A stretch of 64,000 nucleotides of DNA. Origin: the human T2T-CHM13v2.0 reference genome, Homo sapiens. Made by a program: the position numbers and the translations under genes. This document shows positions 14,501 to 27,699 of this stretch, piece after piece. The stretch lies in the NCBI RefSeq assembly GCF_009914755.1, contig NC_060928.1. The stretch is one strand, 5' to 3'. Positions within the stretch are counted from its first letter, which is position 1. Each line of letters begins with the position of its first letter. The notes below the pieces were generated by a model that worked only from the letters and a program-made list of their open reading frames with translations, was not told the origin of the DNA and made no database searches.

Positions 14501-14630
14501 TACCTTCCAACGAAGTAAGATGCTGGGGCTCAGCACATCCCTGTAAGCAACAACAAATCCTTATAAGGAAGTTACCTTCCAAGGAAGTAAGATGCTGGAG
14601 CTCAGCACATCCTTGTAGGGAGCAACAAAA
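14501..14630. repeat. Two-copy tandem repeat, period 72 bp
   Basis: TACCTTCCAA(C/G)GAAGTAAGATGCTGG(G/A)GCTCAGCACATCC(C/T)TGTA starts at both 14501 and 14573. Confidence 0.9.
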
Positions 14631-14804
14631 GCAATCAAGTCTCTTGGATCCATCTCATGACTTCAGACAAGGGATCACTTTGGGTGCCCTCTCAGTCCTG
14701 AGGGGAGCAGCACTGCTTTGTCCCTTTTCTGGGCTCCACATAGAGGAGGGGAAAGTAGGAGAGGATGCAGTTCCTATTATCTCTTGAATTAAATCTTCGG
14801 CTTT

Positions 14805-15183
14805 TGATAGAGTTAGGAGTTGTGTCCCCACCCAAATCTCATCTTGAATTGTGATCTCCATAATCCCCATGTGTCAAGGGAGAGACCAGATGGAGATAGC
14901 TGAATCATGGGGACAGTTTTCCCCATGCTGTTTTCATGACAGTGAGTAAGTCTCATGAAATCTGATGGTTTTATAAAGGGTATTTCCTGTGCACTTGCAC
15001 ACATGCTCTCCCACCTGCCGTCATGTAAGACATGAGTTTGCTTCTCCTTCACCTTCCACTGTGATTGTAAGTTTCCTGAGGCATTTCCAGCAGTGCAGAA
15101 CGGTGAGTCCATTAAACCTCTTTTCTTTATAAATTACTGAGTCTTGGGTACTTCTTCATAGCAGTATAGAATGGACTAATACA
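14805..15183 (+). mobile_element. THE1-family (ERVL-MaLR) solo LTR
   Basis: TG...CA ends; 'tgtgtccccacccaaatctcatcttgaattgt' and 'gactaataca'; 5-bp TSD GCTTT. Confidence 0.93.
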
Positions 15184-16289
15184 GCTTTCCTCTGAACTTC
15201 AAAGGTAGCCACTTACAATCTTAATTTGTAAAGTACTGGCTCTCCTGAGCATTTCTTTGGAGACAAGGAGAGTCTCACTGGACACTTTTTACTAGCAGAT
15301 CACATTAGTTTAGTATAGTGACTTGCACACATGAAATGGCATGATGGAAGAAAATTACAAACCTGGCAACTCTGACATTAGCTAACTGTGTAACTGTGTG
15401 AGCCACTTTACCTTGCTGGGCCTCCATTTTTTCATCTATAAAAAGTGACTATTGAGCAATGTCTCCTCAACTGTGAAACTGTATTACATCTAAGGTTCAG
15501 TTACAATGTAAATATCCATCATGACAAATAATAAAGAATAACTTGCATTTATACATATCAAGGGGAAGCTTGTATGTCAGGAGTTCTACATAATTGGTCT
15601 ATGGAGTTATTAACTTCTTACCTGGGAGAAATCTGTGCCCAAAAGGGAATTGTGTATTTTAGGGGACAAAGATAACTACATTCATTTACAATTTGGTGAT
15701 GTTGCCTGGATTAAATGTATTTCCCTTTAGTGTGTTGATCTACCCAGAACTAGAGAAAATGTTAAAGGTAAAATTTGAAACAGACATTTGGAATACTTTG
15801 CTTTGGAATTTTCTTTTCACCATAGAAGAGCAAGTATAATAAGATGAAATCTTTTTATAGATAAATCAATTCCTACCTGAATAAACAGAGCCCATATTCA
15901 ATACGTTAGCTAATTCCCTTTTAAAGTGTAGTATGTGTATGTTATGCCTATAATTAGTGAAAACTGAGTTTCTAAAAATAGTCTACAGTATTGCACTTGA
16001 AGCTAGAACATGATATTTGACTGAGTCTGAGATGTCTTGCTTTTCATATTATCTACTCTTATTTTTCTTTTCTCTAAATGTAAAGAAAAACTATTTAGTT
16101 GATTTAAAATACTCCTTAGTTTGTATCAACTGAAAGACTAGTTATAAAGGGGTAAAATTTTAAAAGTTATTTTTACCTTCTAAAAAATCAGAGAGAATTT
16201 TTTTTGCCCTGAAAGGTTGTTTTAAGTTACAGAAAATGTAACTTAAATGACTGGCATTCCAAGAAAACAAGCACATATAACAATAATTA

Positions 16290-16490
16290 CTTTTATTTAC
16301 ATTATTTGATTCTAATAACAATTTTGTGAAACAGTTGAACAGGCACTACTTGTATCTCCATTTTATACATGGAGAAACCTGGTAACCAATTTTGACTTTT
16401 GAAGATGCAGTCAGAAAGTGTTAGAGCCTTGTTCAAATTCAGGTGATCTAGTCTCAGCTTCCATGTTCTCTTTCTCTACATTGGCTATAG
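16290..16490 (-). mobile_element. MIR
   Basis: Core 'ctccattttatacatggagaaac'. Confidence 0.6.
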
Positions 16491-16731
16491 GTTTAGAACT
16501 GTAATATGAAATTATGCTGTTTGTGGTTGCAGTATTCCCATGCTACTACTTTAGTACTCTGATGACTTTAAAGAGTTCATTTTTCCCTTATGCTATTCCT
16601 AATCATTATGAAAATAAATGTAACAAATTAGGGTATATGATCTTATGGTAATTCTATTTTTAATTTTTTGAGGAACCTCCATACAGTTTTCCACAATGAT
16701 GGTAGTAATTTAGATTCACAGCAGCAGTGTG

Positions 16732-18086
16732 GAGTCATGTGACACATAACACCATTTCAGTCAGTGACAGACCACATATGCAAGAGCAAGATGATAAAGG
16801 AGCTGAAAAATTCCTGTTGTCTAATGACATCATAGCTGTTGTAATGTTGCAGTACAATGCATTACTGACATGTTTGTGGTGATGCTAGTATAAAAAAACC
16901 TGTGCTGCCAGTCATGTTCAAGTATAGCATATATAATTATGTACAGTATATAATATCTGATAATGATAATAAATGACTATGTTACTGGTTTATGTATATA
17001 CCATACAGTCAACCCTCTATATCTGCACCTACAAATTCAACCAAATGCGGTATTTCTGGGATACAAAACCTGTGGATACGGAAGACCAGCTTTTCATATC
17101 TGTGGGCTCCACAAGGCCGACTGTGGGACTTGAGCATGCCTAGATTTCAGTACCTGCAGGTGTCCTAGAACCAACCTCGTTGGATACTGAAACACAACTG
17201 CATTACTTTATTATCATTATTTTAGAGTGTACATCTATTTATTTAAAAAAAGATGGTTAACTAGAAAGCAGCCTCAGAGAGTTCCTTCATTAGGTATTTC
17301 AGAAGAAGACATTATTATAGGAGATGATAGCTCCATGAATGTTATTGCCCTTGAAGACCTTCCAGTGGGACAAGATGTGGAGGTGAAAGAGAGTGATATT
17401 GATGATCATAGCCCTGTGTATGGCTAGGCTAATATGTGTTTTTGTGTCTTAATTTTTTACAACTTGAAAAAGTAAAAAAAAAAAAAAAAGATTAAAAACA
17501 GAAAAAAGCTTATAGATTAAGAATATTAAAAAAGAAACTATTTTTGTACAGCTGTGCAATGTGTTTGTGTTTTAAGCTAAGTGTTATTACAAAAGACTCA
17601 AAAAGTTAAAAAAATTAAAAATGTCATAAGGTAAAAACATTACCATAAGATAAGCTTAACATATTAGTATAGAAAAAAATATTTTTTATAAACTTGGTAT
17701 AGCCCAAGTATACAGTGTTTATACAGTCTATAGCATTGTGCAGTAAATTCCTAGACCTTCACATTCACTGGCCACTCACTCACTGACTCACCCAGGGCAA
17801 CTTCCAGTCCTGTAAGCCCTATTCATGGTAAGTGCCCTATACAGGTGTACTGTTTTTACTGTGCCTTTTCTATGTTTAGATACATGCATACTTACCATTG
17901 TATTTAAATTGCCTACTGTATTCCATACAATAACATGTTACATCGGTTTTTAGCCTAAGAGCAAGAGGTTATACCATAAGGCCTAGGTGTGTAGTAGGTT
18001 GTGTAAGTGCGCTTTATGATGTTCACACAATGACCTAACAAGACGTTTCTTAGAATGTATCCCCATCATTAAACACTGCATGACTG
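16732..18086 (+). mobile_element. Tigger3 (Tigger3b-like) non-autonomous DNA transposon
   Basis: TIR-like (C/G)AGTCATGTGACACATAAC ... GCATGACTG followed by TA; internal 'ggagctgaaaaattcct'. Confidence 0.85.
17006..17200 (-). mobile_element. MER2 (Tigger-derived MITE) nested in Tigger3
   Basis: TA + CAGTCAACCCTCTATATC ... GGATACTGAAACACAACTG termini; internal 'gggacttgagcat'. Confidence 0.75.
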
Positions 18087-18614
18087 TACTAGGGTTCCGT
18101 TTTCTCTACATCCTATCTAATACATATCTTCTTTTATATTTTTTATAGTAGCCATTCTAACAGGTATGAGGTGGTATCTCATTGTGATTTTAATTTGCAT
18201 TTTCCCTAAAGATTAACGACATTGAGCATTTTTTCATATATCTGTTGGCCATTTATATGTTTTTACTGAGAAATGTCTCTTTAGTTCTCTTACCCATTTC
18301 CAGTTGGGAATTATTTTCTTTCTATAGAGTTGTTTGAGTTTCTTATATATTCTGGATACTCTTTTATGATAGCTATGGCTTGCAAATATTTTCTCCCTAT
18401 CTATAGGTTGATTCTTCATTCTGTTGTTTCCTTTGATGTATAGGGCTTTTTATTTTTATGTAATCCCATTTGTCTGTTTTAGCTTTTGTTGCCTGCATGT
18501 GGGGGATCAAATATAAAACAAACTTTGCCTAGACTAATGTCTCTATTCTGTTCCATAGGTTGATGAATCTACTCTTACGCTAGCACTATACTATTTTAAT
18601 TACTATTGCTTTGC

Positions 18615-20020
18615 CGAGGAACTAGCTGCACCACACTTGGGAATTTAACAGCTCTCTGCATGGCCTCAAAGTCCATCTCCAGTTCTTGCCAAGGGAGGGA
18701 GATGACCATCACAGCAAATTTTAGCAAAGATCAGAGGCTAAATCTGCCATACCTATGAATTTAAACAGTGTTCAGCCAAACCTAAAAGCCCCCCTGCCTC
18801 AAGGCTCCCCATAGGCAGGTGGGCAAACTTCAACCGTGCAATTCTACAGAGCAAAGCAGTTGGTCCCATCCATCCTGATCAGCAACTCCACCTAACCTTA
18901 GGGCCCCTTCAGCAACCCTGTCCAACTCTTAAAATAAAATAGTGGTACCACTTGACCAAGGAATAGACCCTGTAACCTGGCCCAACATGAGGTGGTTGCA
19001 GTGCCTATCCAGCAGCTTAGCCTGATAACAGAGGTCAGTCAGTGGTCTTGCCACATAGCAGAGCCCAGCCAGCTGCCTCACCCAAATTAATAGCAAAGGC
19101 AGTAGGCCAGCTATCTAGAGAACTCAAAAGCAGGCTCTCTCTGACCAGGGTTGTTAACAACTGGTTCATCTAGAATCACAGGCTAGACTAAATAGTGAAA
19201 GTTTATTCCTTCCAAAGAACACCTGTGAAATTTAGAAAAAGTAGCTGTCTCCTCACATGTACAGACACCAATGCAAGGATACGAGGATTACAAAGACTTA
19301 GGAAATGATGACACCTCCAAAAGAAACTATTAAAGTCCCAACAGTAACCCTAAAGGGAGATCTAAGAAATGACAGGAAAAATATCAGAGTAATTCTCTTG
19401 AAGAAGTTCAATGAACTATAAGAAAATAGGAATAAAAAATTAATGAAATTAATACACAAACATTAAATGAAACAATACAATACACAAACAAAATGAGAAG
19501 TATGACAAAGAAATAGAAACAACTTAGAAAACCAAATAGAAATCCTTGAGATAAAGAATACAATGACTAAACTGAAAAATGCAATAGAAAGCTCCAGCAT
19601 CAGACTCAAAGAATCAGTGAGCTTAAAGATAGAACATTTGAAATTGTCCAATCAGAGGAGCAAAAAGAAAAAAGAATGAAAAAAGCCTGTAGCAATTGTG
19701 GGATACCATTAAGAGACCAAACATACACATAATGGGAATTTAAGAGAAAAGCAAAAGAGGAAAAGAAAGAGAAAAGAGACAGCATATTTAAAGAAGTAAT
19801 GGCTGAAAACTTCCCTAATCTGGGGGAAAATTTTAACATTCAGATACAGGAAGTGCAGATGTCTTAAATCAAATTCGATCCAAATATGAGTTCACCAAGA
19901 CACATCACAATCAAACTACCAAAACATTAAAGATGAATAAAAAATTCAGAAAGCAACAATAGATAAAAAACACATCATATATAAAGGGATCCCAATACAA
20001 CTATCAACATACTTCCCAGA
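18615..20020 (+). mobile_element. L1M 5'UTR and ORF1 remnant
   Basis: ORF1-type motifs 'gaagtaatggctgaaaacttccctaatctggg' and 'accaagacacatcacaatcaaact'. Confidence 0.75.
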
Positions 20021-20119
20021 ATATTATTCTTTAATATATATATCCAATGTCCTTTGCGAATGGAAGAGAAGACACTAAATAAATCAAAATAATTTATTAC
20101 CAGAAAAAAAGCAAGGGGT

Positions 20120-20335
20120 GGTGTAGTGTAGGGAGTAGAAAACGCGGTCTGGGGGCCATGTTGCCCAATTTGAGTCCAGGCCCCATCACTTATCAGCTAT
20201 GTGACCATATGCAAACAGCTTAACCTTTTTAGCCTCAGTTTATAATCTCATAGAAATCTACCTTATAGACTTTTTGTGCAGATCTAGAGATTAAAACATA
20301 TAAAAAGTTAAGAAGTACAGCTAACATCTGGGTTA
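20120..20335 (+). mobile_element. MIR
   Basis: 'cacttatcagctatgtgacc...cttaacctttttagcctcagttt'. Confidence 0.7.
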
Positions 20336-23300
20336 CACTTGAATTTATCATGTTTATAACTCAATGATATAAAGTACATTTTAGAGTTCTACCATTAGGT
20401 TATGTTCCTTGCTAATACTGTCGCTATACAGTCAGTTAACTAGTTAATGGGGCCATCTCCAACCCATTTAGTAAGTTCAGGACACTAAAATCTTTTGAAT
20501 GAAAACTTAATCTCCTCCCTAACTCATAATCTTATTCTCTGAATTTTGTCAACTTTGATGACCACTTTTCTAGAATTTATAAATTATACTTATTATTCTC
20601 TTTTTCTAATATCCTTTCACCATTCCTTCTAAGAAACTGTGATTATAGTTGTAAAACAAAAAGATTGCAGAATAGAAAAAAGAAAACTTGCAAATTGGGC
20701 TCATGTGGCGGAAGAAAGAGATTTTACCTGTTATGGTTCTGTGGGCTCCACATTAAGTGCTCTCATGCTCTAGACCTTGGGCTACTGGGAACTGCAGAGT
20801 TTACACCAGGGATCTTTGAATCCATATTCACACTAAATATTGTCTATATATGGATAAAATGATTTACCCATCTATGCTACTAATTTTAAAATCAGTAACT
20901 TCTATTCTGATTAAAAGTGTATGAAATTTTAGAAATTGCAAAATATTTAGTAGCATTTTATTTGTTTCCTCAAATGATGAATGCAATTATTATTTTACAC
21001 GGGGGTTGTTTCACAACTTTTTTCCATATAAGTGAGTTATTTATATTTTAAGAGTTGGGGGACCACTCCTCTGTGGATCTTCAATTAGTATAGCAGTAGA
21101 AGTAGAGTTTATTTAAATTCACTCAAGTCTTCATATAGCATCACAGGACAAATCCATAATCTGACAGCTTTTCTTATTCATTCCCTGCAAATAGTCAGAG
21201 ACTTTCTTCAAACATTGATGACTCATACTTTTTAATTAAAAACAAATAAGCAAATACCTACAGAGTAGAGGATTTATAGCTCTTTGGTTCCAGGATATAC
21301 CAGTTCTAAGTGCTGGGACAAAAACATATCTTTTCCTTTTCCAAATCTGTTCCCCCAGTTTCTCCACATTGGATGTGGAAAAACTGCTCTGAACCACATG
21401 CTCAGCAAGAGGCCATCATGTATTTATCCAAGAACAAAGAAGAATTCATGATTGTCTGATTTTTGATTTTTTATACTAGCTTTTATATGGTATAGTTTCC
21501 AAATTAAAAATATTTTGAGCTATGTCATTAAGATGCCATCAAAAGAGTTACTTGTGGTGGGTTAATTAAAGCGAACACATTTAGAAATAACTCTGCATGT
21601 TGTGGGACAGATGTAGCCTTTGGAGAAGGAATGAGCCTACACTGAACATTACAACATAGTTTTGTATTTAGTAATAGGCAACAGACACAGTTTCAGAATA
21701 TGCTCAAAGTCTGGTTGGGGAGTATCTGCTCTGCTGACAGTGGGAGAAATCAGGAAATTCATATTTAAAAAGAAGGAGATCAAGAAGTAAACAGCATATC
21801 TTTGCTTCTCAATCAACTCAAACTTGCTTCATTATTTAAAAGTAGTAACCTGTTGTATAACATTGGCCAACTTTAACTAGAAAAACAAACCACTCCAGAA
21901 TCCCTTCTCAAATTCCAAGACACAGATGAGGACAGAAATGATAATTATCTAAGTACACATGGTCAGGTGTACCCTTGCAAGAGGCAATTTTGGAAATTTA
22001 AAAGAATGTCTAGAACTGAGAGTAAAAGAAAGAGCTGAAGATAAATGAATTTTTCTGCTGCGGAAAATAAAACAAAACTTGTTATACTTTTTTTTTTGCC
22101 CCAAGAGTATGGGTAAGAGAAGAGAAAAAAGGTCAAGAAAAAATGAAGCATCCAAAGGACTTTTAAGAACAAAAATATCTAAAACTCACCCTTTGCATTA
22201 CTGTGATATAAACCTCCCATCACCTACCAAGATTTTAATTAACTGTATTTTTTTTGTCATCCATGAAGGAAGGGGAACTACATTTTGGTTGTTGCTAATG
22301 TGAATTAAAAAAAAAGTCATAAGAATCCAAAGAAATATGAGATTTGACAGATGCAGGGAGCTGGGAAGAAAAGTGAGCGTGAGAACTTAATCCTCCCTCT
22401 ACCACATGGGATTTGCAGAAATTGGTGGCATTGGATTTTTGAGCATAGAATAAGTCTTCAATCTCAACATATTTTATATTAAAGGGTGGCAATACCTAGA
22501 TGATATTTGAGTTACCTAATTTTTTTTTATTTCATTAAACATTGTTTACAAAGCTCAAATCAAATTTGCTGAGTCACAATAATGAGTTTGACAAGCAGAG
22601 GATAATCATAAATTTGTTCTATAACAAATTATTCCAAACAGTTTGGCTATAAATTGTTTGCTTTACAAATATGGCAGGATAATCAGAACAAATAAAATCT
22701 GAAGCTATGGAATAAGTACTTCAATGCAGCCTCAATATACTTAAATCTGAGATATCACCTGTATTAAGTAATAAAGTGTTTCCTAAATGTGAAGACTACC
22801 ATTAGAACAGAGTTAACATTTGTAAACTGATTTTTCTGGTTTTGAAGACAAATTCATGCCAGAACAATTAAATTTACTTTCCTGACAGAGTAACAAGGAT
22901 ATAAATAGGAGAAAACCAATCGATGTAATCTCATATTATGATCAATACGTAATTTCTTTTATTGAGACCTAAGAGATATGGTGCTTTGTATAATTAAAAT
23001 TTTGTTAGTTTAGAGTCATTACATAAAACATATAAGACTAATCAGTTTTCAAATAACTTTTATAGCATTAACATTTATCTGTGTATCTTTAGCTACTAAT
23101 GCAGTACTTGATTTTAGGCCCTCAATAAATGTTTATTAAATGCTAAATATAAGTAAATTTATTCTTGAATAGCCAGAATCATCAAAATATTAGGATTATT
23201 CTATCATTTTAAATAGAATTACCATCTGCTAAAAGTAGAAGAGTAAAACAACTGTGTTGAATTTATATTGATTATATGATTTACTGTTGAAATTTCATAT

Positions 23301-24674
23301 TGAAATAAAATTTCTCGGCTTAAATTTGTTTGCAGTCTGTTCACATATAATTATTATTTCTAAACACACTTTTGCTCTTTTGTGACCTCAGTAGTGTTCA
23401 ATGCTGAATAAATATGGATTTATGATTTTTGTTTTTCAGATAGAGGGTCACTTTAAAATCTGGGAATATTGCCCATGTTCTTGGCATTTTTCTTATGTCT
23501 AGTGAGACTCTGTAACATTTGAAAATACTACTCTTCCTATCCTCCTGGGTGATAAAGATTGAAGTAAAATATATTTGATAAGTTCAGAAGAGTCATTTAC
23601 CAACTATCAAAATGTCCTAAAAACTCTTGTCGATTTTAGCAGCCTTCTAGGGAGAAAAAAATGCTGGCAAAAGGAAATGCCAAATTTGGCTGTAGCAGCT
23701 GCCTGTGGTTTAATCTCCAGAAATGTATGTCCAAAACTTCATTCACTTTCTTAGCACCTTTATGAGTTTTTTCATATTCTTTATTATTTTCTTACTCTTT
23801 TTCTTAAAATTACTTCCCTTTAAATGATTCAATTCAATGTTCCAAAAGAAATGTTATAATACTACCACAAAAGTGGTAATAGAAATAACTACAAAAACAA
23901 ATAATGTGAAAAAAGTAATTCAGCTCTAGACAGGTATCATTAACTATGATGGTTTCATGCTTGAACCTTGCTCTCTTGATGTTAAAGAGTGAACTAGTGA
24001 GTTTTAGGGCATGGTAAAAACATGAAAGCACCAAACATGTATGTTCTAAATTAAAAACCAGACGCAGATTAGAGATTTGAGTCAATGTTATTTAATTCTA
24101 TGGGCATTTATGGCTAAAATTATCTTAAGTACCAGAAGTTGTACCCTATTACACAAACTGGAAATATTGCTCTAGATAAAGCTTTTTAAGGTCTCCAAAT
24201 CAGTCATGAAGGATTTTGTAATGCACCATATGATAGCTTCTCCATATGACAGAAAGTGAGTCCCATTCCATTTTCTCTCTTTCCTTTTTTTTTTCTCATA
24301 TTAGCATGCCTTAAGAACTGTATTAGCATGCTTTGAGAAATAAAGTCAGGGAAGCCCAAATTTCAGTATTGCTTTAGGGACTGATAATATAGGTAGAAAC
24401 TAAGGGCCATGTAGTTGATTAAAAACCGCTTTATGTCTAAAGTCCCTATGACAAGAAAAAATTATATATAAAAAAGGAAGTATAAGACCTACAATAATCT
24501 AGCTAGACTTGAGTAAGGCTTTTGATTTTTGTCTCTTGTTACTATTAAAAAAAAAAAAAAAAACTAGATTAACCTATGAGCCAGTAAGTAGCAAAGTCAA
24601 TCTAAAGAAGATTTAGTACAGCATTGCAAAGGAATATGAACTTTACAGTTTAAAAAGTAATGCAAATCAAGTTT

Positions 24675-24975
24675 GTTTGTTTGTTTTTTTTTTTGAGACG
24701 GAGTCTCGCCCTGTCGCCCAGGCTGGAGTGCAGTGGCCCAATCTCGGCTCACTGCAAGCTCCGCCTCCCAGGTTCATGCCATTCTCCTGCTTCAGCCTCC
24801 TGAGTAGTTGGGACTACAGCCACCCACCACCACGCCTGGCTAATTTTTTTGTATTTTTAGTAAAGCCGGGTTTCACCGTGTTAGCCAGGATGGTCTCGAT
24901 CTCCTGACCTCATGATCCGCCTGCCTCAGCCTCCCAAAGTTCTGGGATTACAGGCGTGAGCCACCGCGCCAGGCC
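24675..24975 (-). mobile_element. AluY
   Basis: Full-length, with exact 12-bp TSD CAAATCAAGTTT (24663-24674 and 24976-24987). Confidence 0.93.
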
Positions 24976-25760
24976 CAAATCAAGTTTTTAAAGAAGAGCA
25001 AGTTGAACTTCATTTTTAAGGTCTTGGATAATACTAAGGAAAATGACAATATAAAAATAATTTGAGAAATTATTGCTCATGTATAGGATAAAGTTCAGAA
25101 GAAAAAATATAAAGTAAAAAACAAAAGAGCAAAAAAGATACATAAAAATTTAGTAAAATAGTATAGGAGTAAATGCATCAGGAAAGATGTAAAACCAAAG
25201 GAACCCTAAGTAGGAAATGAGTCATTAATATGGTATTTTATTTTAAAATCTTATTTTCAAATGGTACTAGAGTGATGAGATCATGATATTTAAGTATTAA
25301 GAGATAACTATTGCTGTTTTTTTCAATAGTGGTTGGATTCTTATTACAGCAGGAATTCAGTTTTTGTGAATTTTAAACAAGAGCAAAGTTGTCAAAGAAG
25401 AGAAACTAATGTGAGTAAAGATGTAAATTGGATTCCAAAAGGAGAAGGAAAGGAGTTGGAATGATTTACTGTTTAGTCTGAAGAAACAATGTCTGAAATG
25501 AAATTTAATACCAACCAAATTTACACATCTATATCATTTGCCTATCTTAATTTTCCAATCTGTAAATGAAAGTAAAAAGAATTTCAGCCTAAAATTTGTT
25601 TCGCTAGATGAAAAAAAGTATTTATTTTCCTAATATTAGGAGAAAATAAATAGGCAAATCTAGTTCATGAACAAAGTAACTCTCTTGGAGACATGTCAAG
25701 GAATGTAAATTATAATTATAAGCTAAATCAATTAGTAAAATATCTCTGTCATGAAAGTAA

Positions 25761-26057
<297 letters not shown>

Positions 26058-27699
26058 TAAACTCTACATTTAAACATTTAATGAATCTTTTTCATTCATT
26101 TAACACAGATAATTACAGAATGCCTATATGTACCAGGGCTGTGCTAGGTGATGATATAAACATTAATTATTTATTTTCCTTATCAATTCAAATAATTTAC
26201 TTACATATCTTATTTTCATTATACTACTATTTAGTATGCTTTGCAGGTATGTTCTTAGAGCTATTAAATGTATTCTTTAAAAAATATCCTCAAGTGTACA
26301 TTTTGTTTGCAGAAAAGATTTTTTCAGTGGTTAATTAGGCTTTAGAAGTTAATGTTCCATTTTTTTTTAAGTTACAGAATAAAAAAATCTATTTATCTTG
26401 TAAGATTTTAAGTTTAATTTACAAATGTGATTATTCCATTTACTAATGTAGTGAATGCAGTCATCATTCTAGGGATCCTTTAGCATTTAATCCCATTTAT
26501 ATATTTTGTTAAGTAAACTCCCTTAAGTATTCAAAACTCTATTATTAATTGAAAATAGTTAACATTTACCACTTTGACTGCTTTTAAGTGTTTTGTAGAA
26601 CTAACGTATGTAAAAGTATTTTGTAAACTTTCAATTAAATACACAAATATGGCAATATTAGTATTACATTATAATGTCAGATGTGTTACCACATTGAAAT
26701 GATTCATCAAAGAACAAACTTCATGGCTTTGCTCATAAGTGCTTTAACAATTGATTAGTTTTTAAGATGTTTACATTTTTTAATTACCTTTTCTGCCCTG
26801 AATTAGATGGGATTTGAGGAAAATCAAACTTAAGTGAATTAAAGTCTTCAGAAGAATTCAAACATTTCTCCAACTAATAATAGTCTATCTTAAGCACCAA
26901 GAAGCATTGTAAGCAAGCTTCAGTTTGGGCTTCAGAAGACAGCCTCGTGACAAACCTTTTGTCCTAGCCTTGTGACAAGGACCCCATGCAGAACAAGGAT
27001 TTTGAAGTGTGCAGTTAGCCACAAATCCTTGGGGTCAGTTTTCAATTTAGTGGCACAACAGATAAATCAATTAGTGTATAACTAATTAAAGATGGTGAAT
27101 ACCTTTAACTGCTAAAATAATTTGAGGCAGTCACATCTTACAGAAAGCTATCTCCCTACAAAATGACAAGCCTAAGCAAGCCTTACAAGTGAGGCTTTGA
27201 ACCCTAAATAGGTAAGGTTTAATGAGAAACTGAAATTCAGAATAGCAGAGTATCATTGAGAGCAATTGATAATAGCTAAATTAAAGCTTAAAAGTGTAAA
27301 GTATATCTTTTTTGTTCATAGGGGATTTGTTCTAGAGATGTGGGGAAATGGAAAATCCTCAAATAGTGTACAAAGAATAATGATAATACAGATTTATTTG
27401 TAAAAAAAAGAGTTTGTTATTGTCACAAAACACATCAGAGGCTGCTGACATTTCTCTCCATGGTTTTCCTGATATTTCTTAAGATTTTTGAATTAAATAC
27501 ATTCAGTCTCTTTTAAGTAGTAATCATTCTTAAGACCTTGAAGGATCTTATCATCTTTCCCCAATAAGACTTTTAATAGATTCCCTGCTTCAATTTAAAA
27601 TTCTTAAACTCAAAATCTGAGTTTTATTTATTTCTGCCTAATGTTTGTGACAACTATAAAAGCTAACAGACCAAAACATGACAAAATATAAATGTAAAC

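Larger units (their letters stand above)
16630..18612 (-). mobile_element. L1M(A) ORF2 3' fragment split by Tigger3 (pieces 16630-16731 and 18089-18612)
   Basis: 'tttttgaggaacctccatac...cagcagtgt' resumes as 'agggttcc..tttctctacatcct'; ORF 18234-18419 (-) resembles the L1 ORF2 C-terminus. Confidence 0.8.

Noticed and set aside
14501-14630. CRISPR-like repeat-spacer array
   Set aside because: Only two diverged copies in mammalian intronic DNA; no cas genes.
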